Source of the DNA: the human T2T-CHM13v2.0 reference genome, Homo sapiens
Assembly (NCBI RefSeq): GCF_009914755.1
Contig: NC_060929.1
DNA: 64,000 nucleotides
Reading direction: 5' to 3' (one strand)
The notes under the pieces are model-generated. The model worked only from the letters and a program-made list of their open reading frames with translations, was not told the origin of the DNA and ran no database searches. Position 1 is the first letter of the stretch; every line of letters begins with the position of its first letter. This document shows positions 29,860 through 45,300 of this stretch, piece after piece. The translations under genes were made by a program, and so were the position numbers.

Positions 29860-30608
29860 ACCCAGTCAGGAGAAACAGGACCAGGGATTCACTTAAAGAA
29901 GAAGTCTGGCTGCTTTTTGGTATAGCAGCTGTGCTAATGTCATAGCCTGCCCCACCCCCCAAGCACTCCATCCTGGGGAGAAATTAGAGTTCTGTCAGCC
30001 ATAGAACACAGGTGGGGATGGCTGGAGTTCCCAGCTGGAAGACCCTCCACACAAGGAAGAGGGGAATGGATTCCCACTTAAAGAAGCAGTATGGCCATGC
30101 CTTGAAAAAACAGTCATGTAGTGCTGAGGAACTGCATCTGCCCATGTCAGCTTGAACTCTCCAAAGCCTGCAGGCTGGAAGAGCTGAGTCATCCCACCAA
30201 CCAAGGTGGCACCCATCTGCTCTCCTGGGCACTCCATCCCAGGGACAGAGCAGATACATGCAGGTGAGGGTGGCTGGAAGGCTTGGCTGGGAGGTCCTGC
30301 CCAGAGAGCAGAAATGGATTGGGGACCCCTTAAAGAAGTAGTCTGGCCATGATCTGGCAAAGCACCCATGCTACACTGGGAGGACCCTTCCTCGTCCAGT
30401 TTGGACTCTCCAAAGCCCACAGGCTGGAACAGCTGAGCTAACCAAACCACTGAGATGGCAGCCTGCCCCTCCCTGCAGAGGCTTCATCCCAGAGAGAGAT
30501 CAGAGCTCTGTCTCTTGAGAATGTGTAGGGATGACTGGAGGCCCCCAGCTGGGAGGTCTCACCCAGTGAGAAGAAATGGATCAGGATCTCACTTAAAGAA
30601 GCAGTCTC
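29860..30608 (-). repeat. Diverged ~190-260 bp tandem subunits of the old L1 5'UTR
   Basis: Anchor cttaaagaag(c/t/a)agt recurs at 29892, 30077, 30329 and 30592 with similar flanks. Confidence 0.75.
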
Positions 30609-30821
30609 GATAGAAGCCAAGATGGCCGAATAGGAACAGCTCCAGTCTACAGTTCCCAGGGTGAGCAACGCAGAAGATGAATGATTTCTGCACTTCCAAC
30701 TAAGGTACCAGATTCATCTCACTGAGGATTGTCAGACAGTGGGTGCAGGACAGTGGGTGCAGCGCACCAAGCCTGAGCCGAAGCAGGGTGAGGCATCGCC
30801 TCACCCAGGAAGTGCAAGGGG

Positions 30822-31058
30822 TCAGGGAATTCCCTTTCCTAGCCAATGAAAGGGATGACAGACAGCACCTGGAAAATCGGTCACTCCCACCCTAATACTG
30901 CACTTTTCCAATGGTCTTAGCAAACGGCACACCAGGAGATTGTATCCTGCGCCTGACTCAGAGGGTCCTATGCCCATGGAGCCTTGCTCATTGCTAGCAC
31001 AGCAGTCTGAGATCAAACTGCAAGCTGGCAGTGAGGCTGAGGGAGGGGTGCCCGCCAT
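30822..31058 (-). CDS. L1 ORF0 (antisense ORF), open, 78 aa
   Basis: MAGTPPSASLPACSLISDCCASNEQGSMGIGPSESGAGYNLLVCRLLRPLEKCSIRVGVT.. matches primate ORF0 (MAGAPPPASLPPCSLISDCCASN..); the C-terminus is frameshifted. Expression is unknown. Confidence 0.7.
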   Translation of the reverse strand: MAGTPPSASLPACSLISDCCASNEQGSMGIGPSESGAGYNLLVCRLLRPLEKCSIRVGVTDFPGAVCHPFHWLGKGIP

Positions 31059-31633
31059 TGCCATGGCTTGAGTAGGTAAACAAAGTGGCCAGGAAGCTCG
31101 AACTGAGTGGAGCCCACCGCAGCTCAAGGAGGCCCGCCTGCCTCTGTAGACTTCACCTCTGGGGGCATGGCATAGCCAAACAAAAGGCAGCAGAAACCGA
31201 TGCAGACTTAAATGTCCCTGTCTGACAGCTTTGAAGAGAGTAGAGGTTCTCCCAGCAAGCAGCTTGAGATCTGAGAATGGACAGACTGCCACCTCAAGTG
31301 GGTCCCTGACCCCTGAGTAGCCTAACTGGGAGGCACCCCCACAGCAGGGGCAGACTGACACCTCACATGGCCGGGTACTCCTCTGAGACAAAACTTCCAG
31401 AGGAACGATCAGGCAGCAACATCTGCTGTTCACCAATATCTGCTGTTCTGCAGCCTCCACTGCTGATACCCAGGCAAACAGGGTCTGCGTTGGATCTCCG
31501 GCAAACTCCAACAGACCTGCAGCTAAGGGTCCTGACTGTTAGAAGGAAAACTAACAAACAGAAAGGACATGCACACCAAAATAATATCTGTATGTCACCA
31601 TCATCAAAGACCAAAGGTAGATAAACGATAAAG

Positions 31634-32649
31634 ATGGGGAAAAAACAAAGCAGAAAAACTGAAAATTCTAAAATCAGAGCACCTCTCCTCCTCCAAAGGA
31701 ATGCAGCTCCTCACCAGCAACGGAACAAAGCTGGATGGAGAATGACTTTGATGAATTGAGAGAAGAAGGCTTCAGACTATCAAACTACTCCGAGCTAAAG
31801 GAGGAAGTTTGAACCCATGGCAAAGAAGATAAAAACCTTGAAAAAAGATTAGACGAATGGCTAACTAGAATAACCAATGCAGAGAAGTGCTTAAAGGACC
31901 TGATGGAGCTGAAAACCATGGCACGAGAACTACGTGATGAACGCACAAGCCTCAGTAGCTGACTCAATCAACTGGAAGAAAGGGTATCAGTGATGGAAGA
32001 TGAAATCAATGAAATGAAGCAAGAAGAGAAGTTTAGAGAAAAAAGAATAACAAGAAATGACAAAGCCTCCAAGAAATATGGGACTATGTGAAAAGACCAA
32101 ATCTACGTCTCATTGGTGTACCTGAAAGTGACGGGGAGAATGGAACCAAGCTGGAAAACACTCTGCAGGATATTATCCAGGAGAATTTCCCCAATCTAGC
32201 AAGGCAGGCCAACATTCAGATTCAGGAAACACAGAGAATGCCACAAAGATACTCCTCGAGAAGAGCAACTCCAAAGACACATAACTGTCAGATTCACCAA
32301 AGATGAAACGAAGGAAAAAATGTTAAGGGCAACCAGAGAGAAAGGTCGGGTTACCCACAAAGGGAAGCCCATCAGACTTACAGCTGATCTCTTGGCAGAA
32401 ACTCTACAAGCCAGAAGAGAGTAGGGGCCAATATTCAACATTCTTAAAGAAAAGAATTTTCCACCCGGAATTTCATATCCAGCCAAACTAAGCTTCATAA
32501 GTGAAGGAGAAATAAAATACTTTACAAACAAGCAAATGCTGAGAGATTATGTCACCACCTGGCCTGTCCTAAAAGAGCTCCTGAAGGAAGCACTAAACAT
32601 GGAAAGGAACAACCGGTACCAGCCACTGCAAAAACATGCCAAATTGTAA
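31634..32649 (+). pseudogene. L1 ORF1p, disrupted
   Basis: ATG GGG AAA AAA CAA start and KRPNLRLIGVPE fragment (32088..32306); frameshifts and premature stops; ends aaattgtaa. Confidence 0.9.
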
Positions 32650-32712
32650 AGACCGTCAAGGCTAGGAAGAAACTGCATCAACTAACGAGCAAAATAACCA
32701 GCTAACATCATA

Positions 32713-36526
<3,814 letters not shown>

Positions 36527-39500
36527 ACAATGAGAATACATGGACATAGGAAGGGGAACATCACACACCGGGGCCTGTTGTGGGGTGGGGGGAGGGGGGA
36601 GGGATAGCATTAGGAGATATACCTAATGGTAAATGACGAGTTAATGGGTGCAGCACACCAACATGTCACATGTATACATATGTAACAAACCTGCACATTG
36701 TGCACATGTACCCTAAAACGTAAAGTATAATTAAAAAAAAAAAAAAATCAGTCTCCCCATGATCTTGCAAAGCAGCTGTCCTGTGCTGAGAGGACCATTC
36801 CTCGTCCAGACAGTTTGGACTTTCCAAAGTCCACAGGCTGGAACAACTGAGTTGACCAAACAGCAGACATGTGGCCCACCCCTTCTCCCAGGGACTTCAT
36901 CCAGTCTCAGGCCGACTTCACTCTCTTGATAGTGGCTGGCTGGAATTCCAAGCCAGTGAGTCTTATCTTGAGAGGTGCCAGTGGAAGTGGGGCCTGCAGA
37001 ATGATGCTGCTTGACTCCCTGATTCAGCCCTCTTCCTAGGGGTATGTGCAGACTTCCTACCTTGCGTCAGTTGCAGGCATGTTTGTTGGCGATCCCAGGG
37101 CCGGAGTATGTAAAGCTCCTGGGTCTCTGCGCAAGCCTGAGCAGCTGTTCTGCCAAGACTCCCCACAGCTCTGTGTTTTGGACCCAAGGCCTTGGTGGCA
37201 TGGGCTTATGAGGGGATCTTCTGATCCATGGATTACAAGGATCCATGGGAGAAGTGTGGTTTCCCAGGGTCGCACCATTGGTCACCGCTTCCCTTGGCTG
37301 GGGATGGGGGTTCCCTTGGCTCCATATCACTCCTGGGTGGGTCATTGCCCCACCCTGCTTTGCTTTGTTTTCACTCGCCCCTTTCATTCCTCTCTATGAG
37401 TGCCTCAGACTGCAGCTGCGTTCTAATCGGCCATCTTGGCCCCATTCTCAACATTTCAGTTTTAAATCTCCAACTCCTGCCGAAGAGCAGTTGTTTTCAA
37501 ACTATCCAAAGAGGAAATCTCCTATCTGATTTTCCCCTTGCTTTTCTACTACCTTGGTCACCTACCCCACTTACAGCTACTTAAAATTACCATCTAAACT
37601 GTCCATAATTAGTGTACAGGACTCCACTGAAAACCTCTAAACTTCAGAATAGTTATCCATACAATATCTGAAAAAATACCGTCCTTTAGGGAGATTAGTC
37701 ATCTATTATTATTTTAAAATAAAATTAAGATATGTAAGAGAAAAAATATTTTAAACTGTAAGACCTAAAATGTCAAACTTCTGATGAATGACACATTGTC
37801 CAAGAGAAACACATAGTTTTGACACTTGGGTAATGTATGCATCTGATTCAGGAATATTTAATACACAAAGTACAAACACAGGAAAGTTATCTTATTCACA
37901 TTGCCTCAAGAGGCTGACCTTCTTAAAAGTGTTTCATGATAATGAAATGTTAATAAAATGAAATGCTTCTGAAATTTTGCCTTTTTATTCTGTACTGAAA
38001 CTGAAGGTCACTTATCTGTTCTCCCATACAAATTAAAGTAAGTGAACACTGCTGCTTTCCCCTTGTTAAGTCTACCCATCTTCATCCTACGTCATTATTA
38101 GCTGCAGTGTCCTTGGTCCTGTAGAAGAACATCTAAAGAATTTGGACTTTTGCTTATTTTCTTAGATATTTCAGTTTGGGCAAAGTCAGAAGTGACTTGA
38201 AAACCTGAGCCATGTGTGAATTATAGGTTAAAAAACAACCTGCTTATAATGGGTCTAAGGAGGAACAAAGACCTCCTCAGGTCTGTGTGCTGCTGCGTGG
38301 GCTTGCTATTCCCTTGCAGCTCCAAGAAGTGTTGCACAAATTCCTTGAAAAAATCACATCACACTACACTTGCCATTAAGAACTGATGACAAGTTTAGAA
38401 TTTTGAGCTTCTTAGGAAAAATGCTTTGTAAGTAAATATAAATATTCCTACAGTGCATTACTGTGAGATTGGCTGTCTAATCCCTCTCCCATTTTGGAAA
38501 CTGCTTTCCCTTTTCCCCAATCATATGCCTGTAGGAAGAGACCCATTACCTCAATACTGAGTGATGGTCTGGGATTTAGCATTTTATTTAAAATGAATCA
38601 ATAAATTTCTACCCTGGTATTTTGTAACTGGGAGCTAGAATTTAATCATAACATATACTCCATGTGTCAATTTTCTTCCCAATTTACTGTTATCTATCTC
38701 AAGTCTGTGTACAAGCAGGATTTTCTCATGTATTTCCTTGCATTGTCCACATAGCCATTACATCACAGTTCTCACAGTAGTCCACCTTGATATTCCTAGC
38801 TCCTTCCTAAGAAAACTTCGCTTTCCTGCTGGTCACCTCCCATATGCCTTGATGTAGTCACCTTAATAGTGTACTCTGTCTCTGCACTGGAACCAGCAAA
38901 ATGGTTAATCTGTTCCAGATACATTTTCTGTACTGCCTACTCTTTAATCCCACGCAGCATTGCTACATAAGGTTGAACAGCTATATTGGCCTTTACAGAC
39001 AGATTGAAGTAACTAAAGAACATTAAAACATAAAAAGGGAGAAAATTAAATAATGTAACCTCTACCACAGTGTTCTGTAACTCCATATGGAGATGTCCAG
39101 ACCACAAAACCTACAAAGGTGATCATTCAAAAATATGAATAATCTAATTATGTTATAGATGATTTATTTTGGATCAAACATATATTTTGATAAACTAAAT
39201 GTGCTTAAATATGTCTTGTGTCATTGAACATTGTAACTAGGAAGGTGCCTGTGATACACAAGAGGGTTTTAGACAATGGCAAAGGAAGGTGAGGAATGGT
39301 TTCTCACGCTTGCAGCAAATACTCTTGTAGGTCACTCCATATAGCTGAAATCTGGGTTTGCTGGCCTATGAACCCCTGTGGGACTAAGGAATATGTAGGT
39401 ATCTGCTCTGTGTTCTATACCCATCCTGGTCTCACATGACACAGTTTCTCATTTCTTCTCTAGACAGATATTTTTTAAGCTAAGTATAGATATTTAGTTA

Positions 39501-39688
39501 GTAAGTATAGAAGCTAGTAAGATATTTTGAAGCTAAGTCTGTGATATTTGTTGACTGTCATATGCTGTGTACACCATCTAAAATAAAATAAAAGCAATCA
39601 AGAAGTTTAAAATGTATAGGGTAGCCTTTCATGAACACCTTTTTCCCTAACCTTATGCCCCGCTTCTCAGGTCTGTATCTCTCTCTTT

Positions 39689-39860
39689 CCCTTTTTTTTT
39701 TTTTTTTTTGAGATAGAGTCTCACTCTGTCACCCAGGCTGTAGTGCAATGGCGGGATCTCAGCTCACTGCAATCCGCCTCCTGGGCTCAGCTGATTCTCC
39801 TGCCTCAGCCTCCTGAGTAGCTAGGATTACAAGTGTGTGCCATCACGCCTGGCTAATTTT
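39689..39860 (-). mobile_element. 5'-truncated Alu (right arm only)
   Basis: Poly(T) plus right monomer ending ggctaatttt; TSD-like caggtctgt..ctctcttt on both sides. Confidence 0.88.
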
Positions 39861-42318
39861 CAGGTCTGTCTCTCTTTATGATGCTACACACACCTTTTGG
39901 GATACTATGTCCCTACCGATAGGAAACCTTTGCTGTATGATGCATTTGACTTCTCTCTGTGGAATATTTTTACAGGTCTGAGTGATTCAGCCTAAAATAA
40001 CAACCCAAGGGTTCTAAAAGTCTTTGTACCAGTGGTTGTCACAGAACTTGTCCAATTATCATTCTAATTTCCAGTAGGTAGTGGTGGAAACACACACACT
40101 CACATGTATATATGGAAAGTATAAATATTGGTTTTTATAAAACAGCTTAATTTCAACTCATAAGGAAGAGAAGAAATGTTCTTACCAGCCACAGGCTTTG
40201 CAAGGTTCGCAATCTCACAATGACATACTTAATATTGTCATTATGTAGATCAGTGCTAATTCCTTTCCTTTATCCCCAAATTATACTTTCAGTTTTATCC
40301 TGTTGTATCTGCTGGGAATGGAAAACAAACTCATTGTCAAACACATATCTCTTAAGGGCTGTTCCTTTCACTGTACGAAGTTCCAGTAGAAGCTCTGAAA
40401 TTTATTATTTTAAGGTCTAAAATAAATTTTTGTCTAGGAGATATCCCGCTCAGATTGTCTTTTCCTTCTTCCTTTTCTATGAGGGAAGGGGAACATAATA
40501 TCTTTCAATTACAAAGTTACACTTAGGAATTAGTGAGTGGTCATGTTTTCTATCACACAGAGCAAGTCAATCTATAGAAGTAAGGAAAAGAGTGAATGGA
40601 CAGAGGAAAAGAGCCATGAGGCATTGTAGAGCCTGGGACTAGCAGTTCTCAAGACCTAGCTGTACTTCTGCCCTTCTTAGGACTGGACAGTTCTCTTCCT
40701 TTTATTTCACCAAGATATCATAGTATCTCTCCAATCAATTTCCTTACTAATTAAGGTTAATTAAAATTTGCTATATGTCACTTGCAAGCAAAGGAAACCT
40801 CAGTAGAAGACAAAACTAATCAAGGAAATGCACTGTGGCCTCATACCATTTGGTCCTATTTAAGAAAAGGTAAACATAATGATTTAGATAGGTGTTGTAG
40901 CATGCTAGCTCAGAATGTTAATATGGTTGCTTCCTGTGCATTTTGCTCCCTCTTAACATTTACTGCTATCCAAGAGCTGGGTTTCCTCCTCTTGCCTATA
41001 ACAAAGCAGATGGAAAGTCAAATCCAAAAGGAAGATTCTGATATCTAGGCTTGCAGGGCCAACTTTCCCATCTCATAGACTAGAGGAGTTGTCGGAGGGT
41101 AGCACAGAAGTAGAGTATCTCCAACATAGAGCAAAGAGATATGGAAGAATAAAACCAGCGGTCTTCAAGGAGGGAAGGAGAAGGAATACTATCTGTCACA
41201 AATACCAATAAGCAGAGTGGAAGGAAAAGCAATTACCAAATGGATTGAAGAATTGGCACAACCTATGTCATCAACCTAAAGAAAACCGAGGGTTCAATAG
41301 TCTTGGGAACTTCCTAGCCCCTAAACAGGAGGAGGGGCATTTTGACACCTTGTATGAGGATGGAGGCATGCAGGAGAGCATCTTGCCCCTGATCAGTGGG
41401 GAACAGAACAGAACCAGTTGGATGTATCTGTATATTGGGACATCAACCAACACACAACTCCTTTTACAGAGGATAGCCAGTGCCCAATGCAAAAAGAAGA
41501 ACCCAAGATTTCAACCACTTATTTGTGAAACTAAAATCTTGCACAACAGAAAACTTAGAGTTTACCCCTGAAAAACTACAACTTCCCAGAAAAAGAGAGA
41601 GAAATAAATAAGAGCTGTTTTCAAAACAGAAACCTACCAATTCACAGTTGGTTTCCGCTTCTTACGTTTCTGTTTTCCTGATTATCTTTACTACCCACTG
41701 TCATGGAAGAGTTAACTATAATATCAATTATTTAGGCATTGGAAGTCTAATCTCCTTCCTTCATCCTGCCTTTCTTGGGATTTCCCAAGGCCCCTTATTT
41801 ACTTGTCATCTTGAAATGACACAAACATAGAGTTTTGTGAGATCATTCACAGCATGGCTTGCTCTTCACACCACCAAGGGCAATGAAACCACATGGAATC
41901 TCCCCATGCGACAAATTTCTACTTTGCTGTGACTTATATAATTTGTATACACAGTAAACAGGAGATATCACAGCAAAGGTCAACCTTGCTGATACTACTG
42001 AAAGGTCTGTATTTCAGCATCTTAATTTATTAGTGGCAAGTTCCTTGGAGCTCTAGATTTTATGCTGGACAACTCCTCCTTTTCCAAAAATGACATCTGA
42101 ACTCTTTTGTTTACCTCTCTTTTCTTGCCAACTATTTTTCTCTACAAACTTTCTTTCTAACTTAGATCCCTGGAGCCTATTACCCAAGATCAGCAGCCTA
42201 AAGACCATGTTTATTCTCTGTCCTGAGGCATTTGGGTTGGTGGCCAGAAGAGTGTCAAGAATGGTTTAGTTGAGCTGATCCTACGTATGGGAAAGTAATA
42301 GGAAAGATGGTAGCACAT

Positions 42319-45300
42319 TGTTAGAGCAGGTAGTCAGACAGACATGAGCAGGGCAGGAGAGGGACCCCCACAACCAGGAATGTCAGGCAACCATCAGGGG
42401 ATGGTCAAGAGGTTGTTAAACTGTTTCTCTAAAATAATAATTGGTTGCAGCCAGTGTCAGGGAAAGGCAGTCTTCCAAAAAAAAAAAAAATAGAAAACTG
42501 AAGCTTGTGATCAGCAGCTTCCAGTTAAGATCTCAGGAGTTTGATGAGCAGCCTCAAGAATGAGCACTAAAAGGCAAAATTGCAGAGTTTAACTGGTCTA
42601 TAACTTTCTAGGAACACATGATTGGTAAGAGAAAACACCTCAAATGAGCATGTGCACAACTTCAGTAAACACACTGTGCATGCAGCCCCACCCCAGTGCT
42701 GCCAGGCCACTGTGCATACGGACAGCCTGCCCAAAGAAAAAATCAAGGGAGGAGAGATACAAATCCAAGAACCATGCCAGTGTATAAAACCTCAAGTCAA
42801 GCGTCAAACAGCGAACTTGGAGTTCTAAAGTTGCCTGCTTGGCCCTTTTCCAAGTGTACTTTACTTCCTTTCATTCCTGCTCTGAAACTTTTTTTTTTTT
42901 AATGTCTAACCAAGTAACTGTTATGTACTTATTTGTATACAATAGAAGGTCATGAAAATTCTGTGTTGGGGATCACATCCCTGTTGCTTTCACACATAAA
43001 TAAGTATTATTCTGAACAGGAGAATATTAGTTATGTCCTGATTAATGCAATACATACTTCCTTTGGCAGGTATTTCCTCTGCTTTAATAGACAATTTCAG
43101 AAAGACATGTTAAGGTTGGAAAATCACACAATATTAAGGATCTGAGGACCATAAACATCACATATGTTAAGTTTGCTTTTAGTTTTGTTTCCAACAGCTC
43201 TTACCCAATGTCCCTGGCTGTAATCTAGGTGCTAGAAGCATTGCAAATCCTTGAAAGTGTTTAAGATGAAAGAGCAATACACTTAAGATCTTCAAAAGTT
43301 TACATTAACAGAATAAGCATTAGCTCCTTTTAACACACACAACTAAATTAACAAATGAAATGTGTCTACTTTTATATATGCCCATAAAGCAGACAGACTT
43401 AACATTGAAATTTACTATTTTAGATTTTCACTCCTTTAAGAGCTATCAATATAGACACAAAAGATAATTCACATTTGAAAAATTATCTACCTGAAGAGTA
43501 GAACCCTTAAGAGGAAAAAGAAAAAGCCATTTTACAAAGTGCAACTGAAATAGGGGAGAAAAAAAAAGTTAGATCAATGTGGCAACAAGCTTCCTGCCAA
43601 AACTTTTATTGGTGACATTTGAAAAATAATTTTCTTAAAATACTATTAATGAACGTAAGTTTTGTTTCTCTATTTTTACTAATAGTTACACTACAAACTA
43701 ATGCTCAGCTCAAATAAATATGTAAGATATGAAATCAGGTACTAATGTATCAACTTATTCTGCAGGATAAACCTCCTCCATACCAACCCCAGGATTACAG
43801 TTTTTCTTCTGTTTAAAACTAGGATGTTCAGTAGAAATGGGGCTTCCATTTGCAGAATTATTACAAACCAGTTTCCTCTCGCAAATAGCTAATATCTAAG
43901 ACCATGACTCAAACTATCAAAAAGGAATAGGAAGAGAACACTCAGTTTTGAATGCAAATAGAAAAGGCTCCTAAGAATGTTATTTATAGGCCACTGCTTG
44001 CTTTCAGTAAAAGTAACATTTTCTTAAAACTTTTCCATCTAATTTTTAATAGCTTGTACTTTGTAGCTATTGGCAAAGCTTTTTTATTCCTTCTTAAGTA
44101 TTTGCTCAAGTGTTAAACTAGCTTAGTTTACCAAAGTAACAACTTTTTTTCTGTGGTATACTTCAAAAATTAGTCACCCTACAATGTAGTGTGTTCAAAT
44201 TAAACAGATGTATAGAGTTAAAATAATTAGTGTAGTCTCTATAAACAATTTCTGTTCTGGGATTTATACGTAGAGCTAACGTTTACTTCAGAATAAAACA
44301 TTGACAAACAGGGAAGGAAGAGAATCAGAACTTTCACAGAGCTGTACTTGACCATATCTTATAGACAAAGCAGAATTACAATGCATGTAACAAAAACGTT
44401 AAAAGTTTTTTTTTAAGTTGATAGTTACAAATATGGTATGCAACAATTTTCTACTTTATTTCAGTACAATTTTCAACGTACAGTCTACTATTTCTCAAGA
44501 TATTTGAAGACTTAAAACAAAATTCCTATAGACTACTTGCAAACAGTAAAATTTAAGTAAAATGCTTACATTCTTATTTGAAAACGAAAATCAGGTAAAA
44601 AAAAATGGTGGGTACAACTTCTGCTCTGCTGTAATCTTACTTCATGTTTATTATTCCTTTTCTTCCTTGCATCTGTCATTCTTTTCTTCATTATTTTCCA
44701 TGGTCTCTTCTTCTTCTCCAACAATCCCATCCCCTTGGTATTTGTCATGAGTCCATTTAGGACTGCTACCTGATTTTTTGAAGTTAGAGCACCCTCTGCC
44801 ACGTTGAAAAGTACCACGACCTCTTCCTCTTTTGGTCTAATAATCCACACCATCATCTCTGTCATGATGCAAGAAATACTTCTTGCTCTTTGGGATATAT
44901 TCTGGATCCCATTCCTCTTCCTTCGGTCTCTTTTAAAAAGTAGTATTTGAGTAGTATTTGTCCCAGCAAAAACTCCTCTGTCTCTTCCTCTGCCTCTAAT
45001 TCGAAAAAAGGTTCCTCATGGTTGGCTAACTCCTGCAAAGCCTGAGTATTCTTTCATTTCATGGTGAGTTTTAAATTCTTCTTCTCTTTCCTTCTTACTC
45101 TCCTTTTCTTCTCTAGAACTGGGAGAAGAAGGTGATGGTGAAGAGGATGAAGATCGAGAATGATCTTGCTCTCTATTTTTATGTTTACTGTCATCTTTGT
45201 AAGATTTGTATTCCTTGTAATCTTTTGGAGTTTTTTCCTGCTTTCTTGATCCACTGGATTCCCTGGGGCCCTTGGAATTTCCCCGTTCTTTACTTATTTC

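Noticed and set aside
30822-31511. 229-aa minus-strand ORF as a novel protein
   Set aside because: It starts at TTG and is the L1 5'UTR antisense frame; only the last 78-80 aa (ORF0) have ATG starts.
41245-41571. 108-aa ORF in non-repeat-looking DNA
   Set aside because: Non-ATG start, no recognisable domain and no clear splice context.
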